Translations under genes and position numbers: made by a program
Origin: an uncultured Holophagales bacterium
GTDB taxonomy: Bacteria; Acidobacteriota; Thermoanaerobaculia; Multivoradales; UBA5704
Direction: 5' to 3'
NCBI GenBank assembly: GCA_963842525.1
Contig: CAWJGT010000003.1
Location: 992,001-1,056,000 of the forward strand
Length of the DNA stretch: 64,000 bases
The notes under the pieces: generated by a model
What the model saw: only the letters and a program-made list of their open reading frames with translations
The model's database searches: none
Told to the model about the DNA's origin: nothing
Part shown: piece after piece, positions 51,509 through 60,096 of the stretch
How positions within the stretch are numbered: the first letter of the stretch is position 1
How the letters are laid out: each line of letters starts with the position of its first letter

Positions 51509-51916
51509 CTATGGGGCCTGGAGGCGAGGGGCGTCGTCCGCCGATTCGTCCCTCAGCGGATCGAGGATCACATCGACTGCCTCTCCGGCCAGGAGAAACA
51601 GCTCGACGGTGAGGACCTCGGCGAGGACGCGGTCGGCGCGTGGCCTCCTGCGGGCTGCGAGGCGGAAGGAACGGAGCATCCGCAGCAGGGGGTCGAGGAG
51701 GTAGCGAGGGACGTCCGTCGCCTCCGCGGTCCGCTCCAAGGCCCAACGCGGGACGGTTCGCTCGCCCCGGTCCCACATCCCCACCTGGCTCGGCAGGAAC
51801 CGGGCTGCCGCGGCGAGCTTCGCCTGCTCCCACCAGCCCCGGAGGTAGCGCATCAGCACCATGGCGAGCCGCGCGTCGGGGTCGTCCTGCGTCCTTTTCT
51901 TCCTGTCTTTCTTCAT
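51509..51916 (-). CDS. XRE-like HTH protein (HTH-only homolog of the 53880 regulator)
   Basis: RYLRGWWEQAKLAAAA...QVGMWDRGER aligns by eye with RETLGWSQADLAEAA...QINDYERGRK; AGGAGG RBS. Confidence 0.7.
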   Translation of the reverse strand: MKKDRKKRTQDDPDARLAMVLMRYLRGWWEQAKLAAAARFLPSQVGMWDRGERTVPRWALERTAEATDVPRYLLDPLLRMLRSFRLAARRRPRADRVLAEVLTVELFLLAGEAVDVILDPLRDESADDAPRLQAP

Positions 51917-52056
51917 GTCTCCTCCTGATCCGTGTCGTGGCAGCACGGGAATAGGCGACTTCCACACCGGTTCCGGGTCACCATAGCCCGGAGAGGCTCG
52001 CCCCGCGGTCATTCCGGCCGCGGCCGGGCGGCCTCCCGCGGAAAGGAGCCGGATTC

Positions 52057-52368
52057 ATGCGAATGCTTCGTAGAGCCGTCGTCATCGTCGTCCTGGGGCT
52101 CATCCTTGCGGCACCCTGGGCGTCAGCCGAGCCTGTCTTCAAGGTGACCCGTAGCCAGTCCCTTCTGCCCAGCTTGTGGAGCTTCGTCGCCCGTGTCTGG
52201 AGCGCTGCAGGCTGCTGGATCGACCCACTGGGCCGTTGCTTGGCCGGCCCACAGCCACCTTCCGCGGATGCAGGGTGTGGGATCGACCCCCTGGGCTGCC
52301 CGGCGCAGATCTCCGCGGATGAGGGGTGCATCATCGATCCTTTGGGTGGCTGCGCGCCGGGACAGTAG
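52057..52368 (+). CDS. secreted prepropeptide with three GCxIDPLG(x)C repeats
   Basis: AAAGGAG RBS; signal peptide ending ASA; AGCWIDPLGRC, DAGCGIDPLGC, DEGCIIDPLGGC; followed by a terminator. Confidence 0.78.
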   Translation: MRMLRRAVVIVVLGLILAAPWASAEPVFKVTRSQSLLPSLWSFVARVWSAAGCWIDPLGRCLAGPQPPSADAGCGIDPLGCPAQISADEGCIIDPLGGCAPGQ

Positions 52369-52377
52369 CCGCTACAT

Positions 52378-52409
52378 GCCGGAGCCTTCACGGAGGCTCC
52401 GGCTTCTTT
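52378..52409 (+). terminator. rho-independent terminator of the peptide gene
   Basis: GCCGGAGCCT-TCACGG-AGGCTCCGGC-TTCTTT. Confidence 0.7.
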
Positions 52410-53880
52410 GCCGCCTTCGAAGCGCAACTCGGGGTCGTGCCGGGCGCGATAGAGGAAGCGGAGCACGCTGCGCGTCAGCTCGATCGAGGCGGCCTCCCGC
52501 CGGGCGGCCTCGCAGAAAACCTTCAGGGCCGCCAGGGCTTCGCGGTGGACGAGCTGCCGCTGAAAAATCCAGAACATCTCGTCCGCGATGATGCGTACCT
52601 GCGCCGTCTTTCCCTGCTCCAAGAAGACTGACGACAAGTCCAGGCTCACAAGTGCGTAGTCGTAGCTCAGCTCATCTTTATGGAACGCACGCCGGACCTG
52701 TCCGAAAAGGCTCCGCGCCTTCTCGCCCTGCCCGAGCCCGGCGGCGATCTTCCCTTCCAACCAGACGACACGGGTCAGGTCCAGGTTTCCGCCCAGCCGC
52801 TCTGCCAAGCCCCCTCACTTTCGCCACTCTCGGCTGGGCCTCTTCGGCCCGCCCCAGGTCACACAGGCCAACCGTAAGGTTGAAGTGGAGGCCGAAGGCA
52901 AGTCGCGGCTCACGCTCCTCATCAATCAAGGGTGCCGCGTGTTGCAGCGCCGCTGCTGAGCCCTCTGAGTTGCCGAGAACCTCCAGGACTGCCGACTTGG
53001 TGAGGAGGATCTTCGCTTTCAACTCTCCATTGTCCAGCCCCAGAGCCTCGTTGATCTTCTGCAGGGCTTGAGGGAAGAGCCGCTGGGCTCGGCGGAGGGC
53101 TGCCTCGATCCAGGGGAGCAGGGCCGGGTTGAGGAGCCCCGGGTCGCCTGGGGCGCCGCCCTCCCACAGCTTCAAGGCCCGGGTGAGGGCCTCCCCAGCG
53201 GCGGGCATGTCGTTGCAGACCCGGAGCGCGTTGGCCAGGGCAGCGGTGGCGAGCCCCTGCAATCTCCAGCGCCACTCCTTCCGTCCAGGTACCAGCTCGG
53301 CGATGCGCACGGCCAGGCGGGCGAGCTCCAGCGCCTCTTTCGGGTGGTTGGCCGCCGCGTCCAGGCTCTCCTCCACCACCCGGAGGACCAGTCCCCAGGT
53401 TCGGAATCTCGGGTCCTTTTCGACCAGGGCGAGGCGTTCCGTCAACGTCTTCTTCTTTTTCAGCAACCCCCAGAGGACGTCGGCTCGGTCCTGTGCATGG
53501 ATGGACTCTCCCCCCAGCGAGAGCAGGGTCAGCGCCGAGCGGGCAAAGGTGGCGGCCAGCCGGCCGACCTTGGCGGCGATGGCCTCGATGCGGCGGCGCC
53601 TCACCTCGAAGCGGTCGGCGGGAGCGCCGTCGGGCCGGGCTGCGGCCCGGGTCGCCTCCATCTCGGCGAGCAGCGCATCGATCCTCTCGGGGCCGAGCCC
53701 GAGGAAGGAAGTCAGGTGCTCCAGGCGCTCGCGGGTCAGCCTCTTCCTCCCACGCTCATAGTCGTTGATCTGGTTGGCCGAGATGCCGGCGGCCTCGGCC
53801 AGGTCGGCCTGGCTCCAGCCCAGCGTCTCCCGGAGCGTGTAAAGGACGATGCTCAGATCAGGCAAGCTCTCTCGGGCCAT
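52388..53880 (-). CDS. XRE-HTH plus TPR-like helical-repeat regulator; frameshift near 52810, 3' end uncertain
   Basis: N-terminal HTH, then helical repeats (ALANALRVCND...ALKLW; LTVGLCDLGRAEEA), continuing in the other frame as LTRVVWLEGKIAAGLG...HDPELRFE; AGGAG RBS. Confidence 0.8.
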
Positions 53881-54057
53881 GGGCTCTCCTCGTGAGTGGG
53901 GCCTCTCCCCAACAACAGTTGCCGCAGGGCCTGAATTGGGGACACGAAGACTCGGGAATTTTTTGCGATCCCACGAGATGTGCTCTCAGGGCACACCGGC
54001 AGCGGACGCACCCACCCGTGCTCGTCCTCCTCGCGAAGCCGGCCTAGCCTGGACGGT

Positions 54058-54252
54058 ATGGCGGAACGTGGAAAGCATCTCAAGGCGAACGTGGTGCAAG
54101 ACTTCGCGCGGTGCCTTTCGGTAGCCGACGCCGGCCTGCTCCTGCATGTCATCGACTGCCCGCGGTGTGCAGCCATTGCGCGCAAGGTCCTGGCGGTCAA
54201 GCCCGTGCGCCGGCGCCGCGCCGTGCCGCCGCAGGGAGAGGGCGCGCCGTGA
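54058..54252 (+). CDS. small HxxxCxxC (zf-HC2-like) protein
   Basis: LLLHVIDCPRC motif; divergent from the HTH-TPR gene. Confidence 0.55.
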   Translation: MAERGKHLKANVVQDFARCLSVADAGLLLHVIDCPRCAAIARKVLAVKPVRRRRAVPPQGEGAP

Positions 54253-54395
54253 TGGGGCAGGCCCTCGCGGAGGTGGCGTAGCCATGGCGCGCATCCCGAC
54301 GCCGCTCACCCGAGGGGGAACGGCTCCTTGCGGCGGCGGACACCCCGCTTCGCATTCCCATAGAATGCCGCGGCGACTGACGAGACCTTGAGATC

Positions 54396-55931
54396 GTGCT
54401 TCCCATCTCCGAATCTCTTCGCGCTCGATCTGGAGAGCGGCTCTGGAAGGCCGTCTTTCTCACGATCGTGATCTGGAGCGCTCTGGTCGGGTTGATCGCG
54501 TTCCGCCTGTCCGGCCGCGCCCCCGACGACATCTACATTTCCTATCGATACGCCTGGAACCTGACCGAGGGAAAGGGATTCACCTTCAATCCGGGCGAGC
54601 GGGTGTTTGGCCTCTCGGACCCTGGCGTGGCTTTGCTGCTGGCTGCCGGCCGTGCCGTGACAGGGATCAGCATTCCGGCTCTGGGCTCGTTCCTGACCGC
54701 CGCGGCGCTGCTGGCCGTCGCGGCGGTCCTGCTGATCGAGGCGGCTCGGCGTGGCTTTTTCTGGGAGGGTGTGGGGGGCGGCACCCTGCTGGTGACGTCC
54801 AGCTTTCTCTGGTTCGCGCAGGGCTCCGGCCCCTTGCCGGCGTTGGCGCTTCTCGTGTCCGCCGGCTTCCTTGTGGAACGCAGGCCCTGGCTGGCCGGGG
54901 TCCTGGGCGGTGCCGCGGTCTGGTGCCGGCCGGATGCGCTCCTGGGCTGCTGTGTCCTCATGATCCTTTCGAGGCGAGACCGGGCGCGGTGTCTGCGCTT
55001 CGGCTTGGCCGCGGCTGGCGTCGTCGCGGTGGGAGTGCTCGCGGCTTTGAGCTACTTCGGGCACCCTCTGCCGGGGACCCTTGGGGTCAAGCAGAGCTTT
55101 GGCGCTCTGAATCCTGCCCAGTTCCTGGGTTGGAGCGGATTCTGGAGGAGGGCCCTCGATCTGTTTGCGTGGTTCGAGGGGGACCGGACGCGCGCTCTCC
55201 TGGTCCTGGGCCTTGCCGGCACCGTGGTCCTCTTTCGCGCCCTGGGCCTGGTGGGGAAGACGCTCGTGGCGTACGCGGCCGTTTCGTGCCTGTTCTATGG
55301 AGTGACGAGGGTCTCCTTTGCCGCCTGGTATGTGACGGTCCCGGTCGCCGTTCTCCTGGTCTCCAGTTGCTTTGCCATCGGCGCCTTGGGCCGCCGATGC
55401 GGACGGTTCGTTCGCAGGCCCTGGACGGGAGCTGCCACCGCGGCGGTCCTGTTCCTGCTCGTGGCGGTCCCGGCATTCGCGATGACTTTCCAGAGAGCAC
55501 GGGAGCCCGCGGGCAGGGACTGGCGGCGGGTCGCCTATCGGGCCGCCGGCGAATGGCTGGCCGCGCATGCTCCGGAGACGGCCGACGTGGCGTTCGACGA
55601 GGTCGGGATCCTCGGCTTCTACAGCGACCGGCGGATCCTCGACCTGATCGGGCTGGTCAGCCCGGCCACGCGGCCCTACTCGGCGGTGAACGACCAGCTC
55701 GGCGCTTTCCTCCAGGACCCGACGACGCACGTCGTGTTCCACACGTTCGGCGTGCGCGGCGGGACGCGTCCGCTGGTGTCCCGCCCCTGGTTCAGGCACG
55801 CTTACAGGGAAGTCGCGCGCTTCCAGTACCCCGAGCTGGGGGGCGCCGCCTTCATCTTCGAGAGGAGGCCGGAGGCGAAGCTTCCGCCGGCGCGGCCTCC
55901 CCGGAGGAAGCGGAGGAAGCGGGCGACCTGA
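54396..55931 (+). CDS. GT-C-like polytopic membrane glycosyltransferase
   Basis: DDIYISYRYAWNL..G.GFTFNPGERV, RPDA, GILGFYSDRRILDLIGLV; many TM helices. Confidence 0.75.
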   Translation: MLPISESLRARSGERLWKAVFLTIVIWSALVGLIAFRLSGRAPDDIYISYRYAWNLTEGKGFTFNPGERVFGLSDPGVALLLAAGRAVTGISIPALGSFLTAAALLAVAAVLLIEAARRGFFWEGVGGGTLLVTSSFLWFAQGSGPLPALALLVSAGFLVERRPWLAGVLGGAAVWCRPDALLGCCVLMILSRRDRARCLRFGLAAAGVVAVGVLAALSYFGHPLPGTLGVKQSFGALNPAQFLGWSGFWRRALDLFAWFEGDRTRALLVLGLAGTVVLFRALGLVGKTLVAYAAVSCLFYGVTRVSFAAWYVTVPVAVLLVSSCFAIGALGRRCGRFVRRPWTGAATAAVLFLLVAVPAFAMTFQRAREPAGRDWRRVAYRAAGEWLAAHAPETADVAFDEVGILGFYSDRRILDLIGLVSPATRPYSAVNDQLGAFLQDPTTHVVFHTFGVRGGTRPLVSRPWFRHAYREVARFQYPELGGAAFIFERRPEAKLPPARPPRRKRRKRAT

Positions 55932-55980
55932 GCAGCGGAGCCGGTTGTGCTAGACTCCCGCCGTCAGCGGCGCTCCCAGG

Positions 55981-56319
55981 ATGATCGTCGAAAAACGCCA
56001 AATCAACGGCTTCACCGTCCTCAACGTCGAGGGGGTCATCAAGCTCGGCGAGAGCGCGCAGTTCTTTGCCCAGACCCTCGAACGGGCCCTGGCGGACGAC
56101 CGGGGCCACGTCATCGTCGACTTCTCCAGGATCAACTTCATCGACTCGACGGGCATCGGCGAGCTGGTCGGCTATCTCGGCCGCTTCCACAACGCCCGGC
56201 GCGACCTGATCCTGGTCAATCCCTCCGAGCGCATCCGCAAGCTCCTGCAGGTGGCCAAGCTGGCCGACCTGTTCACGATCTATGACACCGTGGACGCGGC
56301 CATGGCCGCGGAGCGGTAG
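55981..56319 (+). CDS. STAS-domain anti-sigma factor antagonist
   Basis: FIDSTGIGELV phosphorylation motif. Confidence 0.9.
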   Translation: MIVEKRQINGFTVLNVEGVIKLGESAQFFAQTLERALADDRGHVIVDFSRINFIDSTGIGELVGYLGRFHNARRDLILVNPSERIRKLLQVAKLADLFTIYDTVDAAMAAER

Positions 56320-57343
56320 CGCCCTGTTCAACCGCATCGCCACGGTGGTCCGCAGCGGCCGGCCGGAGTCCTGGCACTTCGGCGCGGCGGCTGCAGCCGC
56401 TCCTGAAGGCGGCCGGTTGATCGCCCGCCTCGGCGACCCCACGATCGCGACCTGGATCCGCTCGGCGGCCAAGCCGTTCCAGGCGCTTCCGCTGGTGCTC
56501 GCCGGCGGCATCGAGCGCTTCGGCCTCGACGACGCGGACCTGGCGCTGATCTGCGCTTCCCACGGCGGCACCCCCGAGCACGCCAACCGGGCCGCGGACC
56601 TGCTCGCCCGGGGCGGCTTCACCGAAGCGGACCTGCTGTGCGGCGCGCATCCGCCCTTCGACCCGCCGAGCGCCTTCGCCCTCGACCGCGCGGGCACCGC
56701 GCCCGGGCCGCTCCACAACAACTGCTCGGGCAAGCACGCCGGGATGCTCCTCGCCTGCCGTCTCCTCGGTCTGCCGGCCGAGGGGTACATCGATCCGGCT
56801 CACCCCTTGCAGGCAAGGATCCTGGAGCACGTGTCCCGGTTCTGCGGCCTGCCGGCCGCGGAGATCGGGGTGGGGATCGACGGTTGCAGCGCCCCCACGT
56901 ACCACCTGCCGATCGAGGCGGCGGCCCGCGGGTATGCCCTGCTGGCCCATGCGCGCGGGGCAGGGTTACCGGACGATCTGGCGGCGGCGGCCGAGCGGGT
57001 GGTGGGCGCCATGGGCCGCGCGCCGTTCATGGTCGCCGGGCCGGGCCGCTTCACCACCAGTCTGATGGAGGTGACCGGCGGCCGGGTGGTGGGCAAGGAG
57101 GGGGCCGAAGGCTTCTACGGCCTCGCGGTGCGGGGGCCGGTGGCGCTGGGGATCGCGCTCAAGGTCGCCGACGGCGGCGAGCGTTGCCGCGACGGCGTGG
57201 TCCTCGACCTGTTGGTGCAGCTCGGCTCGCTCTCGGGGGCCGAGCTCGCCGAGCTGGACGCCTGGTACCGTCCCACGCTCCACAACCTCAGGGGGATCCG
57301 GACCGGCGAGGTCGTCCCCGAGGCCGAGCTCGAAGAGGAGTAG
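56282..57343 (+). CDS. L-asparaginase II (Rhizobium-type)
   Basis: RSAAKPFQ, CASHGG, HNNCSGKH, DGCSAP, GKEGAEG; start codon uncertain. Confidence 0.88.
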   Translation: MTPWTRPWPRSGSALFNRIATVVRSGRPESWHFGAAAAAAPEGGRLIARLGDPTIATWIRSAAKPFQALPLVLAGGIERFGLDDADLALICASHGGTPEHANRAADLLARGGFTEADLLCGAHPPFDPPSAFALDRAGTAPGPLHNNCSGKHAGMLLACRLLGLPAEGYIDPAHPLQARILEHVSRFCGLPAAEIGVGIDGCSAPTYHLPIEAAARGYALLAHARGAGLPDDLAAAAERVVGAMGRAPFMVAGPGRFTTSLMEVTGGRVVGKEGAEGFYGLAVRGPVALGIALKVADGGERCRDGVVLDLLVQLGSLSGAELAELDAWYRPTLHNLRGIRTGEVVPEAELEEE

Positions 57344-57368
57344 GCTTGCGTTCCAGGAATCAGACCCA

Positions 57369-57890
57369 ATGAGACGTTGCCGCGCGGGGGTGCTCCTCCT
57401 GACCGTCCTTCTGCTGCTCCCGGCCTGCCGCAGCCTGCGCCGGGGCGGCGAGCGGCCCCCCTTCCGCAAGGTCGGCCCTCCCGTGGCTTTCGAGATCATG
57501 CGGGACAGCCCGTGGATCCTGGTCCTGGATTTGCGCGCGCTACAGGCCTTCAACGGGGACACCGGCCATCTGGCCCAGGCGTACAACATCCCCCTGGACC
57601 GGCTCCCTTTCCGGCTCGGCGAGATCGCCAACTGGCGCGACGAGACCTTCCTCGTCTACTGCGACACCGCCCGCTGCGCCGAGGAGGGGATGAGGATCCT
57701 GGTGACGAGCGGGTTCGAGGACGCCATCCTGATGGACGGCGGCGTCGACGCCTGGATCGCCAGGGGCTTCAAGACGGTCCTCCCCGAGACGGTCGCCGGC
57801 CAGCCCGAAATCGCCGACGACAGCGCATCGCCCGGCCAGGGCCCCTCCGGGGTTAACGCCGAGGCCGCGGCGCCGCCACCGCCGCGGTGA
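57369..57890 (+). CDS. rhodanese-like lipoprotein
   Basis: LLPAC lipobox-like motif; LDLR...GHL...NIP, VYC, MDGGVDAW. Confidence 0.8.
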   Translation: MRRCRAGVLLLTVLLLLPACRSLRRGGERPPFRKVGPPVAFEIMRDSPWILVLDLRALQAFNGDTGHLAQAYNIPLDRLPFRLGEIANWRDETFLVYCDTARCAEEGMRILVTSGFEDAILMDGGVDAWIARGFKTVLPETVAGQPEIADDSASPGQGPSGVNAEAAAPPPPR

Positions 57891-57907
57891 GCGCAGCCGA
57901 GACCCTA

Positions 57908-58222
57908 ACCCCGATCTGAGGGGAGCTCACCCCGACCGGAGGGGGTCCGGCCCCGATCTGAGGGGAGCTGGTCCTGCTCCGAGGGGGGCTCGCCCCGATC
58001 CGAGGGGACTTGGCCCTGCCCCGAGGGGGTCTGGACCCGACCCGAGGGAGGCTGGCCCCGACCTGAGGGGGAGCTCACTCCGACCCCAGGGGATCTGGTC
58101 CCGACCTGAGGGGGGCTGGCCCTGCTCCGAGGGGGACCCGCCCCGACCCGAGGGAAGCTGGCCCTGACCTGAGGGGGAGCTCACCCCGATCCGAGGGGAG
58201 CTGGCCCCGACCCGAGGGGGAG
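57908..58222. repeat. 21-bp tandem array (~15 units)
   Basis: Consensus near GCCCCGAYCYGAGGGGGAGCTG; adjacent units with no unique spacers. Confidence 0.85.
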
Positions 58223-58264
58223 ACCCCAGCTCAGGGCCTGGGTCTCCCCCGTTGTTTTGGACGG

Positions 58265-58789
58265 TCAGGAGGACCGTTCCGGGAACCGGCTGTCGAGGAT
58301 CGCGCCCGCCCGCTCCAGCGCGATGCCGCCCGCGGCTTCGAGGAGGTCCGCGAGAGCCTCGGGAGAGCGCACCACGCTCTCGACGGCATGGAGCGCCTCG
58401 ATCACCCGCTCATCGAAGAGAGCCAGGTGGCCGACCACCTCCCGGCCGCTCTCCACGGCAAAGCCGCCGCGGTCCGGCTCGGTGCGCAGCCGGAAGGCCG
58501 GATCCCGACCGGTCCCGGGAAGGATCGCGGCGGCGAGCCGCGCCAGGGACGCGCTGCGGAACACGGCAAACGGCTGGAACCGTCGCGCCTGTCCCTCGCC
58601 GAGACGGTAGAGCCCGAAACCGGCGCCCGGGATCTCTTCGACGGACCAGGGCCCGGCCATGTCGGCCTCGCCAGCCGTCACCGGCTCGTCGCGGTCGCCG
58701 ATCCTCTTCAGAAACTGGGTGGTGAAGGCGTTGCGGGTAGGCGGAACTTCAGGGAAAGACGGGGTGTTAGACTCATCGGAGCCTTGCAT
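58265..58789 (-). CDS. hypothetical protein
   Basis: GGAGG RBS before MQGSDES; coding-like composition; structured leader upstream. Confidence 0.65.
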   Translation of the reverse strand: MQGSDESNTPSFPEVPPTRNAFTTQFLKRIGDRDEPVTAGEADMAGPWSVEEIPGAGFGLYRLGEGQARRFQPFAVFRSASLARLAAAILPGTGRDPAFRLRTEPDRGGFAVESGREVVGHLALFDERVIEALHAVESVVRSPEALADLLEAAGGIALERAGAILDSRFPERSS

Positions 58790-58976
58790 GGAGCTGTTTC
58801 CTCCGTGTCGGGTCAGGCTCGGGAGTGAGGTCGCACTCACTTCCGGGCCGTTTTTGTTGCGGGCCACAGGAGCCCGGCGGAAACGATCGAACGGCTTCGA
58901 ACGTCCTCGGTTCTTCGCGATTCTTTCTCCCTCGGCACCTCCTCTCGCGGCTTGGGTACGACTGATTACGCCTGGA

Positions 58977-59006
58977 AGCGTAACAGTGGGAGGAGCGGGG
59001 TGTCAA
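58977..59006 (-). promoter_or_regulatory. possible sigma70 promoter
   Basis: Minus strand TTGACA-N18-TACGCT. Confidence 0.4.
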
Positions 59007-59029
59007 GAGGAAATTGCGGAAAGTCACCC

Positions 59030-59143
59030 CCTGGGAGCGCGGGCGTCCCGCCCGCACCAACTCCCCAGCGACCGGCGCGCTACCGCAAAGCCTATGGCGG
59101 CCCAAAGTCCGTGGAAGGCGGGCGAGACGCCCGCGGTCCCAGG
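59030..59143. repeat. REP inverted doublet
   Basis: CCTGGGAGCGCGGGCGTCCCGCCCGC ... GCGGGCGAGACGCCCGCGGTCCCAGG. Confidence 0.7.
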
Positions 59144-59155
59144 GAAGAACCGGGT

Positions 59156-59330
59156 CATGCACCCGTGGCGCCTTTCTGCTCCAGGAGGATCTCAAAGTTC
59201 TCCGCGCGAGTTCCGTTTTCGGGTGGCCCGGGAGGCAGGGTGTTCTCAAGGATGTCGAGAGCGCGCCGCATCAAGGGGCCCGGCCTCGGCCAGACGGTTC
59301 GTGTCCTGAAGCAACTGAGCCAGGTTGTTG
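59156..59330 (-). pseudogene. TPR protein C-terminal remnant
   Basis: NNLAQLLQDTNRLAEAGPLMRRALDILEN...ENFEILLEQ; no upstream coding region. Confidence 0.6.
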
Positions 59331-59335
59331 GGTGG

Positions 59336-59477
59336 CCCTGGGAGCGCCGGCGTCCCGCCGGCTCTCCACGAGGCTGTGGAGGAGACGGAGCCGCCGACCG
59401 TTGGAGCGGTGGTGGAGCCTGGCAATGCCTCAGCGCCGACGCAGCTCCGGGCCGGCGAGACGCCGGCGCTCCCAGGG
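59336..59477. repeat. REP inverted doublet (same family as 59030)
   Basis: CCCTGGGAGCGCCGGCGTCCCGCCGGC ... GCCGGCGAGACGCCGGCGCTCCCAGGG. Confidence 0.7.
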
Positions 59478-59557
59478 TTCTATTCTTACAGCGCGCGGAA
59501 CGTCTTCGTCAGAGCTCGAGAGCTGTTGTCGAACGCTGACGCGGCGAAATGGAGAGT

Positions 59558-59712
59558 GGATCTGGCCTGATCCAAACTGGATGAGGAGAAATCCGGAGAG
59601 GATCTTCGGAGAGCCACCTTGGATCAGGCCCGGTCGTCCGAAGATGAGGACAGGAAGAAGAAAGATCCGGACAGATCCAAGGAGGATCCGGACAGATCCA
59701 AGCAGATCAGGG
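59558..59712. repeat. degenerate 21-bp periodic array (RGATC-phased)
   Basis: GGATC/AGATC recurs about every 21 nt, e.g. AGATCCGGACAGATCCAAGGA; a related unit occurs at 60551-60597. Confidence 0.6.
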
Positions 59713-59743
59713 GTCGTGTCCTAACTCAGTGTGGGTGGTGGGG

Positions 59744-60091
59744 CTATTCGTCGGGGCCTTCGGCCGGCTCCCGCTGGCCCTCCCTTTCCGCCCTCATGCG
59801 CTCCAGGCGCGCCTCAAAGCCGGTTGTCTCGACCTGCGGGACCGGCAGCATCGACTCCTCTTCCGGGATGACAGCAGGCTCCCGGGGTGGCGTGGGCATC
59901 TGGACTATGTATGCTTCGCCCTCTGACACGTGCACCACTCTGTGGGTCCAGCGGTCCACCCTGTAGATGCCAACCCCCCCGTCGTTGATGTACCGGTATC
60001 GGGTCTGCCAAAGAAGCAGCAGAAGGAACGCCGCGCCCCCTGCGACCCACAGGCGGCGCCTCCACCGTAGAGGGTCGGGCGGGCTTGTCAT
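59744..60091 (-). CDS. hypothetical single-TM protein
   Basis: LWVAGGAAFLLLLLW TM followed by RYRY...YRVDRWT. Confidence 0.55.
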   Translation of the reverse strand: MTSPPDPLRWRRRLWVAGGAAFLLLLLWQTRYRYINDGGVGIYRVDRWTHRVVHVSEGEAYIVQMPTPPREPAVIPEEESMLPVPQVETTGFEARLERMRAEREGQREPAEGPDE

Positions 60092-60096
60092 GGCGC

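Noticed and set aside
46703-52368. FAD oxidoreductase, methyltransferase and ADOP permease as RiPP tailoring genes for the Cys peptide
   Set aside because: These are generic families separated from the peptide by an oppositely oriented gene; there is no evidence beyond proximity.
51978-52390. C-terminal extension of the HTH-TPR frame antisense to the peptide gene
   Set aside because: The QPxGSIxHP repeats are the antisense image of the peptide cores; RBS, signal peptide and terminator support the plus-strand gene.
57908-58222. CRISPR array
   Set aside because: Units are contiguous and degenerate with no unique spacers, and there are no cas genes in the window. The same holds for 36.9 and 59.6 kb.
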